Positions 1-10,971 of a stretch of DNA of 64,000 nucleotides are shown here, piece after piece. The stretch comes from Dimorphilus gyrociliatus (taxonomy: Eukaryota; Animalia; Annelida), in the NCBI GenBank assembly GCA_904063045.1, contig CAJFCJ010000015.1, positions 310,001 to 374,000 of the forward strand. The letters are read 5' to 3'. A model generated the notes under the pieces. The model was not told the DNA's origin. It searched no databases and saw only the letters and a program-made list of their open reading frames with translations. Positions within the stretch are counted from its first letter, which is position 1. The number at the start of each line of letters is the position of its first letter. A program made the position numbers and the translations under genes.

Positions 1-12
1 CTTTTCTAATAG

Positions 13-1102
13 GATCGTTATGCTTTAAGAACATCACCGCAGTGGGTAGCACCAGTACTAGATACACTATTAAGATCAAGAGAAAAACTGGAAATAGAAC
101 TAAATAGTTCAAACGACAATCCTTTAATTGATGACGAAAGAGGTGTTGTAATTCACGGTGGAAACTTTCAAGGAATATCTGTATCTATGGGTTTGGATCA
201 CGCACGACAAGCAATTCAATTGTGTGGAAAATTGCTACACGGTCAATTTCAAGAACTCGTGAATGGTTCAATGAATGGCAATCTTACCCCAAATTTATGT
301 GGTTCGGATTATAATGTAGATATGGGATTCAAGGTTTTTTATTAAATTATTTATTGAATATAAAATAAATTAATAATCAATTTTGTCTTTGACATTCTTA
401 CAATCAGGGTTGCGATACTGCAATGGCAGCGTATTGCTCTGAACTTGACGGCTTAGCAAATCCAGTTACAAATCATGTATTGAGTGCCGAACTCCATAAT
501 CAAGCCATTAACTCAATGGGATTTTTGTCGGCTCGAAAACTTGAAGAATCAATAGAAGTTCTAAAACAAATGATTGTACAGAGCCTAGTAGCAACCTGTC
601 AGGCAATTGACTTGAGATATCTTAAAAATTATGCTGAGGCCATCATTAAGACAATTTTAAATGAGCACAAACTAAACGAAAAGACATTCTACAGAGTATG
701 CCCTTGGTGGGTGTTGGTTTTTTCACCTCCAGAAGCTGAAGTGAGACTGAAAGAGATATCTCCTTTCATGAATGGCCTAAGATTTAAAGACTTTTTAAGT
801 GAGTTTGAAGAAGTGGCTAAGCCCGTTTTGGAGAGTATAAAAAATGGAACACTTGTTGATCGAATATCCGATGAATTAGGATATGGTAACATGCATATAA
901 TTTCTTTATTATATAATTTTGGTTATAATTTATTAATTTCATTTTAGGTACAAAAAAGGTTTATCGATTTCTTCGTCAAGAACTTAATATTAAATTTAAT
1001 ATAGGAGCAAATAGTCTTGATAAAGATATGGAAAAAGTTCTTTCTTGTATCAATTCTCAAAAAATACTCGACCTACTCCAAGAAATTGAGTTATACAGTT
1101 AA
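13..1102 (+). CDS. PAL: Phenylalanine/tyrosine ammonia-lyase-type (MIO-dependent aromatic amino acid lyase) gene, 3' part; 5' end lies before the window
   Basis: Exons 13-333, 408-885 and 948-1102 (stop TAA 1100-1102) join in frame across GT-AG introns 334-407 and 886-947. Translation contains DRYALRTSPQW, NDNPLID, HGGNFQG, DMGFKG, AMAAYCSEL..LANPVTNHVLSAELHNQAINSMG, AIDLR and YRFLRQEL, all recalled plant/fungal PAL motifs. The ASG/MIO motif is upstream and not visible. Confidence 0.9.
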
Positions 1103-1982
1103 CAAAAACACATTCTAATTGTTTCCAAAGTAATTACAAAAACAATTATATTATTAATTATAATTGCCTTAGTTTAAATTCATAAACTGGTTCTTGCAAG
1201 ATTTTGATAGAAGTATTTTTCTCAGGTCAAACGATTTCTTAATATTTCCTGTCACTCGCAATATTTTATTTTGCTATATTTATATTAAAATTATCGTATT
1301 GGATTATTTACTTTTTGTCTGAATGAAGCTCAAAACTCATTTTATGTTTTTGCTGTATATCCATTTTGAAATTTTAAAAGATGAATTACTTTTACTTTGG
1401 AGATACTTAATGAAAATATAGAATATCATGAAATATCATATTCATCTGTTTTTAATTATTTCTTACAAAAATAAGGGAAGGTTTATTACAGGTCGAATAT
1501 AAGAATATATTGGTTGATTCTTAATACTCTCTATATATGCTAGACTAGATATAGAAACATTATATTCACAATGAATATTCAACAACAAAATAGATACAGG
1601 CTAAAGGCATACAATGTTGTTTTCTATGCATATATATTTCTATCCTAATTACTTTGTATTGTAACTTAGAGCAATAGAGAGAAAACAACGAGAAGACCTC
1701 TCATTTAAATGAGATTTGTCACTGCTCAACCTATCGAAACTTATTTAAATGAAAGTGTTACGAGTTGTGTTTATCAGTTTCCCTCAGTAAACGACTTTAA
1801 TAATGAATATTGACTCAAAGGAAAAGGAAAATGTGATTTCTCGCATAACATATCTTGTTTTCGTGTATGAAAATAGTAGAATTGATAATTTTTATTAAAT
1901 ACATTAAGGAAATAAGTCCAGAACAAAAAAGAAAGGAAGCAACATTACAATTGTAAATAAGATAAATTATATTGTAATTATT

Positions 1983-4099
1983 TCAATAGATTACTGATGT
2001 AGGTTCTTCGTAACGATTATAGGTTCTAAATTGTCTTTGCTTCTTAGTTATTATTATCTTTCTTTTACTGTAGAAATAGATAAGAGATTAGTCATTATTT
2101 TTAAAAATACACAAGTATTTAAATCACTTACCAAATTAAGGTTAGAAACACTAAGAGGATAACATTCAAGGTAACAGAAAACGTTACTATTCCAGTATAT
2201 ATAAATAGTTGGAGACCTAATTCTGTTGTTTAGAAAGGGTTAGAAGAGAAAGATATAAAAAATTACTTCTGTTTACAAACCTTTTAAACAAGCGGTTGCT
2301 TCTATTTGCTTATCACACTTTCCGCCTGTCCAATTAAAGTCACATAGCCCATCGGGACATTCGCCAGTAACCGAATTGCAAGATATATCATATCTGCAAT
2401 GTCCACACGGTATATCGCATTTGGGGCCGTAGTAACGACCTTTAAGGCAAACATGTTTTATCTCATTTCCAATAGTACTCTGTTCAGTCACTCTTTCCAA
2501 ATTAAGTGGCACAATTGCCTCATGTTTAAACTTTTCTGGCTCATGAACTATTTCATTTGTTTCGGTTGTTAACAACTCAGTTGTAAGTGAATTTGTGGTG
2601 GCGCTGGGTAACTTAGTTATAGGAATATCACATCGGTTACCTGTCCAACCCACTTCACATTCTTCAAACAAACATTTACCATTGACATAACTACAGACTT
2701 TATGCTTACAATGAGCGCACTGATATTGGCACTTAGCTCCATAGAAATTACCTTTGCAAGCTGTAATTTGTAATAAGTGTTGGTTATTAAAAATATAAAA
2801 ACTATTAATTTACAGATAATTGAAAAAATATAATATATTTGATTGAATAGATAAGTCTATTAAACTTACGCCATTCGCATTCATCACCAAGTTGATTAGA
2901 TGAACAAAAGCCTTTTTTTCTATTATTTTTATCCAACAAGCAATAATGAAAGTATTGTTCGCAAGATGGTGCTTCTACCGGTAAAGATTTTTGACATATG
3001 AAAAAATGAACGTCTTCTGGATTAGTTTTAAACCAATTTAATTCACTGTCTATAACGAAATGTGATATTTCTGAATTATTAATATTAGTTATTCGTAACG
3101 TATCAGCTAATATAGAGGTAGAACAATCTAATTTATTATAAATATGATTGCTAATCAATTTTCCAACTCTCCAAAATTTTTCATTTCCAATTTCTAGAAT
3201 GTAAAGTAAATATACAGATTGTTATGTAATTATAATATTAATATCAATATTTTTACTTTACCTCTTTCTATGTTGGCTTTAAGGAAATCTAGATTAGATA
3301 GACTTTCAAGTAAAACTCCACCATTCTCGAAACAAAATTGAACAGCCTCTCCATAAGTTTTTTTCATTCTTACAAGACTATAACCAACAGTTGATAGATG
3401 ATTATAGGACAATTCAAGGTCATTTGAATTATTTATATCTACGAGTAATATCGAATGCCTTAAGAAATATTGTTAATAAATAAAATATTTAATGTACCTT
3501 TTAATTCATTTCCAAAAACTTTAATATCTTTTATCGTGAAAGTTTCGCATTCGTTAACTACAATGGTCACGTGCCTTCCAATAACTGAATTTTGACATTT
3601 CACAGTTTTTTCATTGAAATGGAAAGGATTAAACTTTTGTTTAAAGTTGGAACAAAAGATTTCTCCTTCATCTTGATAATACGTATTATTAACTTTACAA
3701 TACTGCTGGCCAATGTAAACTTGAAATGTTTTCAAAGTCGTGTTAGCGTCGCAACATTGCAACATATCTACGATAATCTTAGTGATCTCATAATCCTTTT
3801 CCAAAGTAAAACTTAGCCTTAACTCATCTTTAATATAATCCTTACGGCGAGTCACGTGAATACTATCAGTATACTTCGCAACCGAATCGCCTTGAACACC
3901 AAACGACGACCACGCTCTTGCTAATTCACCAATTTCCAATTGCTTCTCTATAAATTACTCAGTATTAAAATCATGTGTCGACTTTATAAGAGTTTATATA
4001 ATATTCAATGATGAAAAAAGTAATAATACCAGTCCTTATTGATGTAAAAATGACCGACATAAGCACGAAAATAGGCGAGAAGAGACACCATGGCGTCAT
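1983..4099 (-). CDS. Type I membrane protein: signal peptide, fucolectin/F5-8C-like domain, C-type-lectin-like domain, laminin-type/MEGF-like EGF repeats, Thr-rich stalk, TM helix, short Tyr-containing tail
   Basis: Seven phase-compatible exons: 4030-4099 (MTPWCLFSPIFVLMSVIFTSIRT), 3498-3947 (GRHVTIV...IKVFG), 3262-3438 (KTYGEAVQFCFENGGVL), 2870-3193 (FWRVG...HFFICQK), 2281-2760 (YGAKCQYQCAHC; YGPKCDIPCGHC), 2132-2222 (TM LFIYTGIVTFSVTLNVILLVFLTLI), 1983-2067 (KRK...YNRYEEPTSVIY*). TATATAAA lies upstream on the minus strand. Confidence 0.75.
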
Positions 4100-4759
4100 T
4101 GTTGTTTTTTGTCGGAATGTTACGCTCCCAATTGTTCTTTTTTTTTTATCTTACATTTATATAGAACTCAACACACATTGCACGTTTATATATATATATA
4201 TACACTTATTCTAGCCAATAAAGCTTTTAAAGTAAATATATACAGAGTTTTAATAAAAATTACTAAATATAACTAAATACTAAGAGAATTAACTAATTAT
4301 TAATAAAAAGAAATTGGAAAGATTGTCTAAAGAATAAAAAAAGGCGGGAGAAGACATATAAAGAAAAAAAAAGATTGGTTAAGCCTAAAACATAGGCAGA
4401 AAAGGGGAAAATTTTTACATAGGCCTAAGAAATTAAAAAAAAAAAGTATAAAAATTCTCCAAAATATAAAGAGAAACTTTTTCTTTACCTATCATTTTCT
4501 TATGTTAAATAATTAAGATAGAATGAATAGAGAAGTTAGAAATATTAATAAGGAGTTAATTTATCACAATTTAATTAATGATTATTGTTTTGTTAAAGAG
4601 ATTATAACTAAAAATGGGATTTATGTGAATAAAGTAAACACCTGTATTTCAATTTATGACTAAAAATTTTATCAGTTATTATCTGTCGCTAGTGTAGACT
4701 TCTTATCAGCATTCAACCTGTATGAAATGGCGGATATATGTAAAAAGTGATCAGTAAAG

Positions 4760-7700
4760 ATGAATATATTGTTTATTATATCAACTATTACTATAATTAC
4801 CCTCTCATCCATTTCATACGTAAATAGCAATTTCTTAGTGGAACAAGACTCGTAAGTATTTAACAGGAAATTTCATACTTTTATCCTAAATACTCTGTAT
4901 TTATCAGTAATCGGTCAGGTTAATAGATTTCTATAATGAAAAAAATAATTAAATATACAGTTAATTAAGGTTTTTAATTAATTTTTAGGTCATACTTTAT
5001 TGCTCTTCCAAACAAAGTCTATCCCGATGAGGTGATTCAGGTCTATGTGACAGTTCTCAAAATGAGAACCCCGTTTTTGAAAATTCGGGTAGCAATTCGA
5101 CTCGGAAATTTAGGGGAAAAATCGGAGGAAAAATGCAGTGTTTCAGCTACATTTACGTATCCTAGTACGAGAATTCTTCAAATGCAGATGTTAGATAACT
5201 CACCGGCTGGTAATTATACTGTAAATGTTGAAGGAACTTCAAGCGAAGGCATTTCCGGTTACCTTTTTCGAAATGAAACCAAAATAATGTTCATGAGGAA
5301 ACAAGTGTCAGTTCTCATTCAGCTAAATAAACCAGTGTATAAACAAGGGCAGACGATTAAACTGCGAATTATGCCAATAATGCCTAATCTTATGTCTAAA
5401 ACTGCAAATATGGATGTAAGTTTAGTGGATGCAACGAATACAACGGTTAAACTGTGGCAGAACTTACAAACGAATGCTGGCGGTGTTCTTGACCTTCAGC
5501 AGAAATTATCCGAGCAACCTCATTACGGAGAATGGAAAGTTTTGGTTTATACTTATGGTGAATATTATGAGAAAAAATTTCCTGTAAATGAATTCTGGGT
5601 GACGGCTATAGACGTCAATGTCAGTATGCCTATGTATTTGTCGGAAAATGATTTTGGAATAGCTGGTGTAATATCGGCAAATTTGAGTTTGGGTCAACCG
5701 GCTAAGGGAACAATTAGAATTGAGATGAGCGTCAAACCTCCTAAAGATATTGAAGCTGCTAAAGAATACGTTAAAGTTCATGCTATAAATTTAAAGGATC
5801 AATTCAATAAGAGTGAAACGGATGATATCAATATTCATTCATTTCAGGATGGTTCAGACAAAATTGTTCGAGAAACTAGATATTTTGCAGGCGTTACTGA
5901 TTTTATGTTTACAATGGACGAAATACGGAACTTATTGGGTGGTCGGAGCCCCGCAAATCACGAAATAGTCGTTGACGCCTACGTTTATGATTGGTTTTTA
6001 GTTCAAGAAGCGTCGGGAAGTTCTCGTGCAGTCGTTTACAGTAATGCAACGTCAATTTACTTACTTGGTGATAAGTCGAGAACATTCAAGCCGGGAATGC
6101 CCACTTCAGTCTATGTAAGTAAATTATAGAACAAACATGGTTATAAAACAATAATATAATTATTCTTATATAACATATTTTGTTTGTAGTTTGCCGTATC
6201 AAATCAAGATGGCACGCCCTTACATTCCCATCGACGGCAAGTGACCGTAAAACGAGTAGAAACCCCTAATTCCGAATTTATACCAGATGCCAAACTAATA
6301 GTTCGAGATGATGGAATTGCAAAGTATACTTTCACCCCAAGTAACGATGCTCGACAAATTCGATTAACAGCTCATTATGATCTCTATCAGTCAAATGCTG
6401 TTGATGTTTACATGACCAGGCATTATACAACTCATGATAGATTCCTCTATATATCATCTTCGACAGAGACTCCGCAAGTAGATCAATACATGGTATTTAC
6501 TGTTCGAAGTAATACTTTGTTAGACAACGTTCATTATATTGTCACGGCCGCTAGCAATATAGTGACAGGAGGAGTGATAGAATTGTACTCCAGCCAAAAA
6601 ACCTTTTCTATTGCCGTTTCTAGAGATATGGTTCCAGAAGCTAGAATGGTTGTATGGACAATTTTCAAAGGAGAAATTCTTGCCGATAGTGTTAATTTTT
6701 TTGTTAATGGAACAAGATTAAATCCGGTTGATTTAAGAGTTAATAGAGGTAAAGATTTTACAGGAGATGTAGTTGAAATAACCGGATGGAGTGACCGATC
6801 AGCTTATATTGGTTTTTCGGCACTTTGTCATGAACTTTATGTCTATTCTGGAGGATCTAATTTTGTCCAAGAAACTGATATAATTAATGAGTTAAGGTCA
6901 TTTGATAGTCACGCCAATACCAGTTTTCGATTTCAATGGACATTTGGAGAGACTTTCCGGGAATTAGTTCATTTCCCTGCACCGACATATGCAATAGACG
7001 CTAACAAAACTTTCGAATTTGCTGGATTGATAGTCTTCACTGATGCCAACGTGACGAGAATGCCCCATAATTGTAATGAAACTTTAGGAGATTATCCTTG
7101 TATGTCCGGCAGACAGTGCTTCAGAATTGAAGAATGGTGTGATGGAGTCATGAAATGTGAGGACGGTGTAGATGAAATGGGTTGCACTAACAGAGTTCCA
7201 AAATATCCCTTCACAAAACCGTTTGACCGTCTAAGTTTATTGACTAGGCACTATAATGAAATGGGCGATTGGGGTTGGTTAGGACACTTTCTTATGCCGA
7301 ACGGGCGTATTGATCTCGAAACCGAAGTACCTGATGAACCAATGCCGTGGGTTGTAGATGCTTTCTCAATATCAAGGGATAAAGGTTTCGGTATGGTTTT
7401 CAATCCATCGAGGCATCAAGCAACAAGACCTTTCTATATGAGAGCCGAGGCACCTGAGTCTGTAATAAAAGGTGAACAAATTGGTGTCAGAATTTCGTTA
7501 TTTAATTATTGGACTGAAAATCTTGAGTGTCTAGTAACTCTGCACGATTCAGATGATTACGCGTTTGTTGTTGTAGAAAAGGACGGTATAGTTTCTTCCT
7601 ATAGCCCTCGTCTATTAAGAGGCGATATACAAACAATGGTTTACATGCCGTCTGGTTTTGTGAGAGAACTACACTTTCCTGTGTTACATTTGAAAGAAGG

Positions 7701-9811
7701 ATGCTTCTCGGTTACCATATCTGTTGCCAATTTTATGTACAAAGATGAAGAAACAGTTGAGATGTGTAGTACTTTCGATGGTGTAACCAACTACCTAAAT
7801 ACACCTTTCGTCATTGATTTAATCAATAAGGGCTCAAGAGCTATACCAGATTTGGAAATACCTGTTCCCGAGAGATTTATTAGACCACAAGAGAGACAGC
7901 ATCTTTACGTTCCAGGTTCTCCGGAAGCTACAATCGGAATAGTTGGAGACATTGTAGGTCCAGGCTTCTTTGAGGACTATTTGGACGCTGAAAATTCTAT
8001 CAGGAAACCTTTCGGAGGAGGTGAACAAAGCCTTTATAATTTAGCTACAAATATTCTTTATCTTCGTTATATGAGTGGAACAAATCAATTAGCGAATGAT
8101 CGCCTTCGGTTGTCAATTGACAAGGTTAACGAAGGACTTCAAAGACAAATGAGTTATTATACTCTGAAGAAAGATTCTAATAACCACGATATAGGATACT
8201 TCTCGCTATTTAGAGACTATCAAGAGGACACTCCTAGTGTTTGGTTAACTGCACATGCCCTAAAGGTATTCCACAAAATGTACTCGGGTAATTATCTAAA
8301 GATTGGTATCAATCAAATTTTCATGGCAACAAAAACTCTTACCGAAATGGGCAGATGGCTATGTGCAGCTGATAAGAGAGATGACGATAGAGGTTTTATT
8401 GAAACTTCTCCTCATTATAATCGAAAAATGTGGTTAAACGGTACTGAAAATTATGATAAAATAGCACTTAGTGCTCATGTTCTAATAGCTTTACAATCGG
8501 CAAGATCAGCTCTACAAGGCTCAACAGGCTGCGATAGCGTAATTTCACAGACTATTCAATATCTTAGGGATAATGCGGCCGGTGACCATTCACCATTCAC
8601 AACCGCTATTTTAGCATATGCGCTACTTTCTAGTGGAGATACCAGCAGCCCAGCTCTAAATAGGTTACGAAAGATTCAAATTGATAAGGAATATTGGGCA
8701 AATAAACGTATTCCAAAAAATGGAATTCGATTTGAAGATAATTTACCGGTTCATCAACCAAGAAAATGGTACGATAATGAAGCATATGGGGTTGCAACGA
8801 CGGGTTACGCAATTTTAGCTTTACTTCAAACTTCTGATGGCTATAGCGAATCCTTCCCAAGCATGCTGTGGCTTCAATCAATGAGAAATTCATTTGCGGG
8901 TCATTCTTCTACTGAGGATTCAATTATTGCTCAAGAAGCACTTGTCGAATATTCCTTGAAGGATATGAACAAAGCGTTTTATCAAATGTATATTGAAGTA
9001 TCACCAACCTCTAATCAGAACTTGACCTATGTACTTCGTTTGAATAAAACGAATTGGATAGATTTACAAGAAATTCCAATAACACCTGTTTGGGGTTACG
9101 TAAGAGGTACAGCAACTGGAAATGGAATAGCTTTAATGCAACTATCTACCAAAGTGAATGTAGAATATTCAAGACAAATTGTGCCTAAACCAGAAGGAGA
9201 CTTCTTTTCAATTGAGTTAAAAGAGAGCTACGGTGGCAAGAATTATTCGTTTGTCGAATTTAATCCTTGCGTCAGATGGGTAAGACCTGATCTATCAAAT
9301 ACTAGCGGTATGACTGTTTTAGAAATGGATTTACCAACTGGTTATAGAATTACCAACGACGTACTTAGATCATATGCTCAATCTGGTCGAGTACCAACAT
9401 TGAGAAGAGCGGAAACTTATGATAGAAAAGTTGTCTTCTATTTCGATTACGTAGGTTATAAGGAAGATACATGTGTAAAATTTAGAACTGATAGATGGTT
9501 TCCAGTCGCCAATTTAACAATTCAACATAAAATTAGAGTCTACGATTATTATGAGCCAGGTAGAACAAACTATAAATTCAATTTTTTCATTCATGTATTC
9601 AAAAATAACTTTCTTTTTCTTTTCAGGTATGCACAATACTTCATTATATACAACACATTACCTAACAAGTTTGCATATTTGCCAAGTTTGCGGGTCATTC
9701 CAGTGTCCATATTGCCCTTTTTACAATCATGCTCCAGTTGTAGGTGGCGCTACCTATTTACTTTTATTTTCAATTTTTTCTATGTTGTTTTTATTTTTAT
9801 TTATAAACTGA
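4760..9811 (+). CDS. Mcr: Thioester-containing protein family member, Macroglobulin-complement-related (Mcr/Tep6-like) type
   Basis: Exons 4760-4851 (signal peptide), 4989-6114, 6190-9559, 9627-9811. A2M-type motifs KPVYKQGQTIKLR, PFYMRAEAPESVIKGEQ, SVWLTAHALK, GMTVLEMDLPTGY, VYDYYEP; LDLa module at 7072-7185; thioester site reads GGGEQ (8014-8028); C-terminal ICQVCGSFQCPYC plus hydrophobic tail matches the recalled Mcr architecture. Confidence 0.88.
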
Positions 9812-10188
9812 CTCGAATTTTAGTTGTTTATTTTGATTTTATTCATTATATATATACATTATATGCAAAAAAAAGACATGGTTGCTATGAATTTTCATTA
9901 TATTTTTATTATTCTTTTTTTTTTCAAATAAAAGAAAGAGAGAGAGAGAAAAAAAACAAATAAAATAAACAAAAAGAAAAGGAAATAGACAAAAAATAAT
10001 AATTTAAGAAAGCTTTTTTTAAAAGTTTTTCTTTATTATTTTTCATAATTATCTACCAGTTTTTTTTAAATATATTTCGTCTTGTTCTTTTTACCAATAC
10101 TAATTATTATAACTATAAATGAAAATACTTCAAACTCATTTAAATATTTGATAGCAAAAACAAACAAACAAACAAAAACATATAAACG

Positions 10189-10971
10189 TTACTGACGTAC
10201 AACAGATGACGGACATTGCGGTACGTGACATTTAAAAGTTTTCTTCGGTCCTACGGATGTTCTCTTTATTCGGCAAGGAAATCTCTTCCTTGTACATGTC
10301 ATCTTCTTTATGCAGACGGCGTAAAGTCGAAGGCATTTATAATCTTTTGGTGAACACTTATTACAGGTACTCTCTGATTCGTGATAACAAGCTCGACAGG
10401 ATGTTAGTTGACAGGGGGCGCTGCATTCTCTTTCAAAAAGAGCTATTCCACTAGAATTAAAGTTAATAAAAATGAAATTTTAAAATAACGAGTTTTAACA
10501 TAATTATTTAATTAACCTTTTAGCAGAACAGATAGCTCTGGGACGTTTTCTACAGTACTCTGGAGAGCATTTAGGATGACATTGATGAGTATCTTTAAAA
10601 GGTTCATCCAATTGTCTTCTACTCTTTGTAATAAACCTGACACAACGACCCTTTTCAGGCCATTTTTTTCGCAATCTATTCTTTTTCTTTATTAATGGTT
10701 TGCAGTATAAACCTTGATTGCATTTGCCGAGATAATAGTATACTCCTCCGCAATTCTCACCTATAACTTTAGCGCATTTGTCACAACATCCGCAAATTCC
10801 TTTCGTCCTCTCTCCTTTACAAGATAAATTTACTTCGGCACATTTAACTCTATTGCAAGGCTGACATTTAACGACTGATGATTTTACATATAATTGCTGA
10901 ACATGCTGCTTTACTTCAAAACATAGTAGGACAAATATGAATAAAGCTAAATTATAGGCTGAAGCGTTCAT
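10189..10971 (-). CDS. Secreted IGFBP-N-terminal-domain protein with a second Cys-rich basic domain
   Basis: Exons 10517-10971 and 10189-10450, separated by a 66-nt GT-AG intron. Hydrophobic N-terminus, then CQPC...GICGCCDKCAKVIGENCGG...GKCNQGLYC (IGFBP GCGCCxxC-like motif); the second half has 16 Cys. Confidence 0.8.

Noticed and set aside
13-1102. Calling this gene ordinary animal histidine ammonia-lyase (HAL)
   Set aside because: Visible motifs (DRYALRTSPQW, GGNFQG, HNQAINS, the long insert) follow PAL/TAL; HAL-type DAYTLRC, GGNFHG and EDHVS are absent.
13-1102. Bacterial contamination as the source of the PAL-type gene
   Set aside because: Two short spliceosomal introns and AT-rich codon usage match the neighbouring animal genes. 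A chimeric assembly with eukaryotic DNA still needs read-level exclusion.
9560-9963. C-terminal part of the 1240-aa ORF-track protein
   Set aside because: Read-through of the intron at 9560-9626; the spliced frame gives the conserved CQVCGSFQCPYC end and stops at 9811.
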